This document shows, piece after piece, positions 39,201 through 50,515 of a DNA stretch of 64,000 nucleotides. The notes beneath the pieces were generated by a model, which saw only the letters and a program-made list of their open reading frames with translations, ran no database searches and was not told where the DNA came from. Every line of letters begins with the position of its first letter. Position 1 is the stretch's first letter. Made by a program: the position numbers and the translations under genes. Source of the stretch: Octopus sinensis (taxonomy: Eukaryota); the NCBI RefSeq assembly GCF_006345805.1, contig NC_042997.1, forward strand, positions 189,038,001-189,102,000. Direction: 5' to 3'.

Positions 39201-42200
39201 TAAGGAAGCTACTTACCACACAGCCACTCCTACGCCTATACTATTTTTATTTTATAAAGATTGTTATTGGAATTTATATAGCTGTTGACTTCAACTTAAG
39301 GCTTGTTTCTTTAGTTTTCTGTTAGCAACTTCAAATTATATTTCTTTAAGTTTATCATTCAGTTCACTCAATTTCAGAGATAAAATGTTCTTCATTACTT
39401 TATGCTTTATTATTTTCATATACTGTATATACTTGTCATGTTCAACCTCCATGCCTTTTTTTTTCACCTCACAATCATAGATTTATCGTTTACTCCTTGT
39501 AATGTTCAAGTCTGGATTTTAAAGTCCGCAGTAGTAGAGTCAGTATGTGCAATTTGAATCTTTGTTGTTCAAATATGTTTTCTATTAGTGTAAGCATAAA
39601 GAAAAACTGATTGTGTAGCCTCATGCTTTCTTGGTGTATGCACTCCTTTTCCTCTTCTGTTATCTTTTTACTACTTCTTTTATTCTAATGAGGTAGCCAT
39701 TTGAAAATGCTTCTCTCGCTGTTATCACTTGGTTGAATATGCTTTAGAGGCATTATTTACTCTTTATTCACCCACAAACATAGAGAAGATAAGTAGAGAG
39801 TATTGCTCTACTTGTTCTTGGTGTGAGATATGTTTCATGTACGCCTGGCAGAAACTGTTAAAGTTATCTGAGAAAGTAAAACTGATGTCATAGTTATTCC
39901 AAGTAGATTAACCAGTGCCTCACAATCACTTGATATTTGGCTTTACAAACAATTTAAAGAGAGTCAAAACTATTGAAAAGGTTGCAAGATGCAACGAAAA
40001 GTTTAGGAAAATAAAAATAAGAAATAAGTGGAAATTTTACCAGTGAGTGTGTTACATTATAAGGCACAAAAAGAAAATGACTCTCCCCAGACACAACAGA
40101 ATCTGCTTCAACACACGAACTCAAATAAAGAATCTTGCAAACCAAATCCAAAAACGAAAAACAATTTTAAGATAGAATAAAAAGTGAAATGACTGTATAA
40201 TTAATGAGGAGAAAGTTTTCAGAAAGGGTGGTGTTGTGTGAGTGCCATTTTTTGTCAGTGTGGTGTACATTTCTGGATGAAAGATGTGTAGGAAAATATC
40301 AATTAAAAAAATTGTTAAATCTTTTTTATACAAATATAGATATGGTATTTTAAAAATATTTTTATTTAAAACAAATCTAAATGAAACTTTTTTTTTTACA
40401 GGAAGCTTTACGATGGGCAACAAAAAATAATCTTTGGGGTCATGCCTTGTTTTTAGCCAGTAAAATGGATAAGAGAACACATGCAGAAATTATGACAAAG
40501 TATGTTTGATATTGTTGTTTTCTAATGAAATGAAATTACTTTTATCTTAAATTAACAAGAGTAAAATTGTTGAATGACTTAACAAAATATGTGATTGTTA
40601 GACAGTGCAGCATTACAGCTGTAATAGTTTGGCTCCTATTATGGCATGGGCTTAACTTTTGAACTGATTCTGTATTAAAGAAAGTAAAAATGTAAGATAT
40701 ACTTTAAAAAATACAGTTCTGAATTAAAATTTTGGCAGAGTTTTGTTTGCTTTTTATTCCTTTGTAGCCTGTAATATAAGTATAATTGATATTGGCATTG
40801 ATTCCTTGCAACAGTATTTAAAATGGAAATTTCTGTTCTCTTACTTCTGAATTCAAATCCTCATTATGTTGAGTTTGCCTTTTACTTCTCCAAGAGCAAT
40901 AAAATTACCTGTTCAATCTGGCCACTTCAATTGATGAATGTCTCTCTCTCTCTTTATAGCCAATTAGAGTATATTGAAATTTCCAAGAACTTTGAAGTGT
41001 TACACTGAAATATTAGCTGCAAATTACTGGCAGCAAAGAATTTGAAATATCCTATTGAAATTTTATGAAGAAAACAGTGTTCTAAATATAGTATTAAAGA
41101 TAGATAATCAGAAAGCTAGATAGATCAATATACACTTCTCTTTACTCCCTCATTAACAGTTTTTTCTAATTGCCTTTCTTTCTCATGTGCAAGGTAGCAG
41201 AATGATAGAGAAAATGGTAACATTTTTAGAGGTCCTCAAATATATACATAATAATAAAGTTCTTAAATGTTATATGCCAGCTCTGTCTGGCAACCGTGTC
41301 GGTGGCACGTAAAAGCACCATCTGTTCGCGTTCGTTGCCAGCCTCGGCTGGCCCCGTGCCGGTGACACGTAAAAGCACCATCCGTTCGTGGCTGTTTGCC
41401 AGCTCTGTCTGGCCCCGTGTCGGTGGCACGTAAAAGCACCATCCGTCCGTGTCCGTTGCCAGCCTCGGCTGGCCCCGTGCTGGTGACACGTAAAAGCACC
41501 ATCCGTTCGTGGCCGTTTGCCAGCTCTGTCTGGCCCCGTGTCGGTGGCACGTAAAAGCACCATCCGTTCGTGTCCGTTGCCAGCATCGCCTGGCCCCGTG
41601 CCGGTGACACGTAAAAGCACCATCCGTTCGTGGCCGTTCGCCAGCTCTGTCTGGCACCTGTGCAGGTGGCACGTAAAAAACACCCACTACACTCGCGGAG
41701 TGGTTGGCGTTAGGAAGGGCATCCAGCCGTAGAAACACTGCCAGATCTGACTGGGCCTGACGAAGCCTTCCAGCTTCACAGACCCCAGTTGACCCATCCA
41801 ACCCATGCTAGCATGGAAAACGGACGCTAAACGATGATGATGATGATGATGATGTAGAGATGTAATTCTTAAGAAATATATTATTGGTCCCTAGAAATAA
41901 TGTATTTTAGTTTGTTTAATGCAATACAAGGCAGATGATCAAAAGTTTACCCTGAATATATATAAACGATGTGAATGAGTATGGGCTTTGTTGATCAGAT
42001 TAATAGAGTTAGGCTTATAATAATCATAAACCTTTCTACTATAGGCACAAGGCTTGAAATTTGGGGGAGGGGTCTAGTCAATTTCATTGATCCCAGTATT
42101 CAACTGGTACTTATTTTATCAGCTCAAAAGGATGAAAGGTAAAGCTGATCTCTATGGAATTTGAACTCAGAACATAAAGCCAGAAGAAAAGCTGCTAAGT

Positions 42201-45115
42201 ATTTTGTCTGGCATGCTAATAATAATAATAATAGTAGTAGTAATAATAATAATAATAATAATAAATTCGTTTATTGACCACAAGGGTTAACAAAAATCAA
42301 ATAAAACATTTAAGGACAAAATACAGGATGAAAGTTACAAAAAGGGTTTTGTCCGTTTGAAAAGTCCGTGTAAAAATGCAAGATAACAACGAAAATATAA
42401 CAAGTAAAAACTCCCAATAGGGGGAGGCGCTTCGAAAGGTTACTCGTGGAAAAACAGCACACAGTTTTTATTTCCATACATGTCTATGACACTTTAGCTA
42501 GATCTCTTAGATTCTTGAACCAGTATTTTTTGATGTTCATGTTTAAAATAACAGGTTAATAAATATAAGAATATTATTGTATATTTGATAAATTATAATA
42601 ATAGTATCAAGGCTGATTTTCAATAGTGATATAATATATTTTTGCTGTTTCACTAAGACTGTTTCCACATTTCTGACAATGAGTTTACTTTACTTTTATA
42701 TTAGGTTTGCTAACAGTGCTATTAAAATGAATGATCCCCTGCAGACTTTGTATCAGCTTATGTCTGGTCGGCAACCTGCTTCTGTTACTGTAAGTCCACT
42801 GAAATTTATAATTTAACCGTTTAGTGTTATTCTTGTAATTGTTTCCTTATTAATGTTCTTTTGCGAATTTCATAATTAACATTTTGTTAAAATATTATTT
42901 TATTTAACACAGAGTCTTTGTGATGATGCTTGGGGTGATTGGCGGCCCCATTTAGCTATGATGCTGTCTAATCATTCCATGAGGCCTGATCATGACAAGA
43001 AGAGTATCATTACCTTAGGTGATACTTTAGGTAAGTGGAATTATTTTTGTTTTGGTGAAATTATAGGAATAGGACCTTCTTCAGTCATGAATGACCATGG
43101 GCTTGCACCTAGAAAGTTACCCTCCGAGGCACAAGTCCAAGCAAGGTTGTTTATAGATGACCAGCAGTTTCCCATCCATACCAGCCTCCTCTCTCCATGC
43201 CACTGATATTATTCATGGGAAAGGTGAAGGCTGATACAGCTTGGCACCAGTGACATTGCAACTCATTTCTACAGCAGGATGAACTGGAGCAATGTGAAAT
43301 AAAATGTCTTGCTCAAGAACACAACACACATCCTGGTCCAGGAATCGAACTCTGTACCTCGTGATTCTGAGCCCGGCACTCTAACCACTGAGCCATGCAC
43401 CTTATTCTGAGACCCTCTTCAGTCACGACACAGACCATGGGATTGCACCTAGAAAGTTACCCTCCCAGGCACAAGTCCGGGCAAGGTTGTTTATAGAAGA
43501 CCAGTAGTCACCCATGCATACCAGCATCTCCTCTCCACACCACCAGTGTTATCCAAGGGAAAGGCAAAGGCTGATACAGCTTGGTACCTGTGACATCACA
43601 ACTCATTTCTACAGCTGAGTGAACTGGAACAACTTGAAATAAAGTGCCTTGCTCGAGAAAACAACATGCACCCCTGTCTGGGATTTGAGCTCACAACCTC
43701 ACGATTGTAAGCTCGATACTCTAACCACTGAGCCATGCGCCTTCACTGAGCCATGCGTTTCACATGCACCTTATTAGAAACCTAATAATTCTATTCAGTA
43801 TCATACTGTCTGTGTTCTCTCTGATCAGTTGCTGATCCTTTATAGAGCTCAGGAGTACATCACATTAAAGTACTGTTCACACACTTGGGATAGTTCTGTT
43901 GCTCTACACCAGTGATTCTCAACTGGGGTCCATCAGCAAAAATGGCTGAGGAACACTGCTTTGCACGAAATAATCATAGAATACCCCACTCACAACAGTC
44001 TCTAGCACAGGTGAGGTTAGTTTTAGCATGGATGCCCTTCCAAATGCCAACCATGTTACAATGTGGACTGGATGTTTTTAACATGGCACCAGCACTGGCA
44101 GGGTAACCAAGTAACTCACAAGACAAGGAATGATGAGAGAGGTAGGGGCATTTGAGGAGAGGAACTTGTGTCAGACAGAGGATGAAAGGTTAAAGTGTGA
44201 CAAAGAGACAGAAAGACAGAAGCAGGTGTCTTGTCACCTGCTTCTGTCTGTCTGTCTCTCTCTTTGTCACACAACAGAGAGGGCATTAGAGGAGGTGATC
44301 CAGTAACAGATGATGAAAGGTTAGAGTGTGACAGAGAAATAGAGAGGCAGAAATAAATATCTTGCTATAGAGGAGGTACATGGTTATCTGGCGTGTGTGT
44401 GAGAGAGAGGTACAAGAAAGAAGCCAACACGATTTGAGTGTGGCCGTTGCCAGTACTGCCTGACTGGCCCTCGTGCTGGTGGCACGTAAAAGCACCCGCT
44501 ACACTCTCAGAGTGGTTGGCGTTAGGAAGGGCATCCAGCTGTAGAAACTCTGCCAGATCAAGGCTGGAGCCTGGTGCAGCCATCCGGTTCGCCAGTCCTC
44601 GGTCAAATCGTCCAACCCATGCTAGTATGGAAAGCAGACATTAAACGATAATGATGATGATAAAACCTAAGGATGTGGCTATAGAAATATTTTAGTTACT
44701 GTTTGCTATTATTCTTTAGGTCAGGTAATCTTACAATCATTTTAGAGTATGAATGATAAAAATTACAAGTTTAAAAACCTTGTATATATATATTTTTTCT
44801 CTCTCTTGCAGCTGCTAAGGGCTTTCTTCATGCCAGTCATTTCTGTTATTTGATGGCACAAGTTCACTTTGGCATTTACTCTAAAAAGACATCAAAGATT
44901 GTCCTCATTGGTTCATCTCACAGGTAATAATATATTGTTAATATTGTTATACTATTTTATTCTTTTACTTGTTTCAGTCATTTGACTGCGGCCATGCTGG
45001 AGTACTTATTCTTTGTAAGCCTAGTACTTATTCTATCGGTCTCTTTTGCCGAACCGCTAAGTTACGGGGACATAAACACACCAGCATCGGTTGTCAATCG
45101 ATGTTGGGGGGACAA

Positions 45116-45152
<37 letters not shown>

Positions 45153-48100
45153 CATATATACGACGGGTTTCTTTCAGTTTCCGTCTGCCAAATCCACTCA
45201 CAAGGCTTTGGTCGGCCCGAGGCTATAGTAGAAGACACTTGCCGAAAGTGCCATGCAGTGGGACTGAAGTCAGAACCATGTGGTTGGTAAGCAAGCTACT
45301 TACCACACAGCCACTCCTGCACCTATATATGTTATATATATGTTAAATATACATAACTATGTGTATTAAGATGTTGCTTATAATTTTTATTCCTTATATT
45401 TCCTAGTTTATCTTTGAAAGAGTTTGCAACCAATGAAGCCATTCAATGCACTGAAATATTTGAATATGCCCAGTCTTTGGGGAACCCTCTCTATTTTTTA
45501 CCTTCTTTTCAAGTAAGTACTTCCATATGCATTTCTAAAACTCTCATTTTGTCCTTATGTTTCTGTTTTATGTCGGTACTTTTTGTGAAATGATATTTTT
45601 TCCATTTTGTGCTTTCAAGATAAAAATTTGTTCTTTTAGCTTCTTCCCTTCATCACACTTCTAGCTCAGCTAAATAAAAATTATATCTTGTAAACCACTA
45701 AGCTAGTTTAAGGTTTTTAGCTTTTAACTCTTCCACAATGTTGCCCACACTGCTCTATGTAGTAAGTTTAAAAAGTTGTTTCTCTGTTTTTTTTTCAGGA
45801 TATGGTGTAGTTTTGCAATACTTAACACTATATCTATTCCACTTTCCTTTTATTTTTGACATTGTTGGCTCTTATTAAACCATTAGTCTTGATCAAGTTC
45901 TAGATTTTAGACTTCTTTAATGTCTACTCCCATTAGTTTATGTTATATAAAATCTAAGGTATTGGTTCTTGTACTACCATAGATAATTTTTCTATTCTAA
46001 AAAGTGACTAATTCTGTCGGATGTGATTTATTATACGGAAATTAAGGAAAGTAGCTTTATGTTATTGAATGGAAATATAGTGAATGGAAATTTATTGAAT
46101 GAAAATTTTACTGTCCTTTGTTTGGAAAATTGTGACTTGTTAATGTTGTATTTTGTAATTTTCTTTTTAGCCATACAAATTATTATATGCCTGTCGCCTA
46201 GCAGAGTATGGATTGACCCAAGAGGTAGGTTTTGACTCTTGTAGATATAAAGTTTTAATGCGTGCTTTGTTTTCAATTAAAGTATATTCCTCATTTGGCA
46301 ATATTGAATGTCAGTTGAATTAAAGAATTTTATTTGATTATAATCCATCTTTTAGAAACAATAACTTAGTTTAAAGAAGTGGTAATAAAAGTGTTAATTA
46401 CAAGCTAAAATAAAAGGGGTGTATTTATACTTGTCAAAGTGAGAAAAGTTTTATAATTAATACTTTGTCATCTATGTTTAGATGAAATTGTTCTGGGATT
46501 TCAACTCTGTTATATTTTCAGTGTCAGTATAAGTTCTTTTTTATATATATATATATATATATAAACACACACACACACATAAAAATAAAAGACAAGGCAT
46601 AAATATGTCATAGAAATATGTAATGACCATTATTTATGCCTTGTTTTGTATATCACTCAGTGTAAAAATCAGTATAAATGGAACACAACCATAGACTTAC
46701 AATATAGAATGGTAATGAACTATAACCTTGGACCTGCCACAAGAATACGCAGAGTTATTTACTAATCTAAACAATATTGTTATCATAGTGTACTAAAAGG
46801 GAGCTTATAAAGTATTTTGCCTGAGTCATTTTGAAATGTAGCATTCTAATGAAATAGAAATATAGGAATATTGCATAAGAATAGTAAAACTTCATATCTG
46901 GAATATAAAGTTATCAATAATGGTGTTGTATTTTTAATTTTTCTACAGGCATTGCATTACTGTGAAGTGATAACATTATCTGTGATAAGTAACCCAGTTT
47001 GCTATCAGTTAACTGTGGTTAAGGTGCTAAATGAGGTAAGTCTTTGCATCATTAACTTCATCTTCTGCATTATAATTTATCAATTTATTCTTGTATATTT
47101 GGAATAGAATTTGTTTTAATTTGACATGCCTCAAACTTTGTGTTGTCTCTAAAATCAAAGTATTGGGTCATCCCATAAATAATACGTTTTTTTTAAAAAA
47201 TACTTCTTTTATTTTTCAAAATTAAGATAAACAAAGTTCTTTTTTAATCTAAAATATACTCTCCTTCATTTTCTACAATGCTCTTCTAGCTATCTGGTTG
47301 ACTTGCAAGGACCCTCTTCCAAAATTCACTTTTCTGTGATGAAAAATACTCCTCCAGTACTGTTCTGATCTCGCCTACAGAATTCATATCTTTTCTGTCT
47401 GAATGATTTTGAAGACTGTGGAATAATTTATAATCAGAAGGGGCAATGTCTGATGAATATGGTGGGTTGGGCATCGTTTCCCATTCAAACTGCTCCAGCC
47501 TTTGGAATGTCTTTCTTGCTGTATGTGGCTTCCTGATGGAAGAACTCCTTTTGTCTTGAAACTAAAGATGGTGGTTTTTCTTCTAGCATTGACTTTGAAG
47601 TCAATAAATGTTCAGACTTTGCAAATGATTGTGAAGGACCAGAGAATTTGATATAATTGTATTTCCAGGCTTTTTCTTAGAGTTTCATCATCATTACAAA
47701 AGCCTTTCTTAAATTTCAATTGAAGTTCAGTCAAGAAGCTTAGGCTGAATTTAAAAAAAAAATTTCTGGTTATGGGAGAGTTGTTCCCAAAGTAATAATT
47801 TCTTTTTCAGAAAAACCTAAGGAGAAAATATGAATTTGTTAACGTTTTTTTTTGTAGATCTCCAATCGCCTGAAGTGTTATGATCCTCAGCATTTACAGC
47901 AAGGAGATATGTCTGATCCAGTTTGGTTACAACAGTTGGGAAACATCTGTAAAAGCTTTGAAGTTAGTAAAAGTTTTTGTTATTAATGTTTTTAGTTCTT
48001 CTCTGTCGTAGCCAACTAGATAGAACCAGTAAAAGACTTAAATATTTTTAATCTTCTGTAACAAATAATATATATTTTTTAAATATTTGTACTTTCTTTT

Positions 48101-49277
48101 AACATAACAAATTTAATGCTTTTTTCACAAAATCTAAATTTACCAATGGTATTGTAAGTACCAAATTGAACCAGAAAATAGAAACATACAATGCTCTTCA
48201 TTGTTAATCTATAAATTTTCCAGTTTCTTCCTCTCATTTTATCAAGAAACTAGCAGTATCGCCCGGCGTTGCTTGGGTTTGTTTCGACCCTTTAGAATTG
48301 GAATTTTTGAAAAGTAAAAATTTTGCATTATGTAGCTTGTTATTCTCTTTAAGTGAGCATTTTTCTGTTTGAAATACACCGAAAAATGGCGACACAGCAG
48401 TAAAAAAATCGTAAAATATAGGGATTTTCATAGAAAAAAGCACCTTTTTGATGTAAATAATTTTTTGTGTTAACATGGTCCGATTTGAATTTTATCTTCT
48501 ACGGAGTGAAGAGCAAGCCTTCTTCTATCATCATACTCTCAATTTTGGTCTACTTGTGCTGCAGGGTCTTGGAGGAGATAGTGTTAGTTGAAGGCTACCA
48601 AACCTGCCACACACAGACAACTTCAGCATTATATATAGAGATAATTGAAATTATGTAAACATTGTTTGAAGATTCAGATGAAAGTACTATATTTAATAAA
48701 AATATTTCATTAATAAATTGTTGTTTTTTTATCATTTTTGACTTTCCATTCACAGGAAGGCGCAATACAACCATTATCTGGTTCTGCTACACCATTAGGA
48801 CCCCAAACAACGGCAACTAGCAGTGAAAGTGGAGAAGTGGCAAATTACCTAAATAATATGCAAGATTCTTTGGTGTCTGGCTATTCACAAGGAGCGATGG
48901 GAAGTTATATTCAAGATCAACAGTGGGGTGCACCCGGTATCTCAACTGAGGCTGGTTACAGTGGAGAGCAACATCAACAGCAGCCTTTTCTTGAACAGCA
49001 TTTACCTAATAATAATTATTTTAACAATTCAGTTAGTGCACAACAACACTCTCAGCAACAAGTACTACAGCATCAACAACAATATCAGCAACAACTAAAT
49101 AGTCAACAACAGTTTCATGGAAATGCTGGTAAATACCTACAAACAGTTTTCTTTCGTACCATTTTAATTACACTTCTTTAAATACATTTAAACACTCTAC
49201 ATTGTTAATCCGATTTGTTTACAGAATCTCTTTATCACCATTACTAATATAATATTAATGCCTCTTTTGATAGACAC

Positions 49278-49325
<48 letters not shown>

Positions 49326-50081
49326 TATATATATACTGGCACTTGTACTGGTGGCACGTGAAAAAACATTCGAGCGAGGTTGTTGCCAGTGCTGCTGGAC
49401 TGGCTCCTGTGCAGGTGGCACATAAAAAGCACCATTTGAGTGTGGCCATTGCCAGTACTGCCTGACTGGCCCTCGTGCCGGTGGCAACGTAAAAGCACCC
49501 ACTGCACTCTCAGAGTGGTTGGTGTTAGGAAGGGCATCCAGCTGTAGAAACTCTGTCAGATCAGATTGGAGTCTGGTGCAGCCATCTGGTTGGCCAGACC
49601 TCAGTCAAATCGTCCAACCCATGCTGGTATGGAAAGCGGACGTTAAACGATGATGATATATATATATATATATATATATACATACAGATGTGTGTGTGTG
49701 TGTATAAACCTTTTGTTGTAGAAATATAAACATGGCAAATTTAACTACATCTCCCAAAACAGAAAAACAATGATGAACACCTTTAATTGATTTTTGAACC
49801 TTAGTGCGTTCTCATCAGAGGTGTCTACATCATTTAACCAATCCCAGAGAAATAAGCAGCCTGTCTTTTTATATACACAACAAATCCAGTAGATTCAGAG
49901 AACTGTTTATATATTCTGGCTGTAAAACCAAACCAAAATGATATGCAAGTGGGATTCTGTCCCTCAATGCATGCACACCGACTGCAATGACCTGTTCAAC
50001 TTATACCAGCATGCAAAGCTAATGAAATGATGAGATTTATACACCTACACTAAGTTATTTCATATATATGCTAGATTACTT

Positions 50082-50116
<35 letters not shown>

Positions 50117-50484
50117 CATCATCATCATCGTTTAACGTCCGTTCTCCATGCTAGCATGGGTTGGACGGTTCGACCGGGGATCTGGGAAGCCAGAAGGCTG
50201 CACCAGGCTCCAGTCTGATCTGGCAGTGTTTCTACAGCTGGATGCCCTTCCTAACACCAACCACTCCGTGAGTATAGTGGGTGCTTTTTGCGTGTCACCG
50301 GCACAGGTGCCAGGCGAGGCTGGCAACGACCACGATCGGATTGGTGCATTTTACGTGCCACCGGCACGGAAGCCAGTCAAGGCGGTGCTGGCATCGGCCA
50401 CGATTCGGATGGTGTTTTTTATGTGCCACCGGCACGGAAGCCAGTCTAGGCGGCACTGGCATCGGCCACGTTCAGATGGTGCTT

Positions 50485-50515
<31 letters not shown>

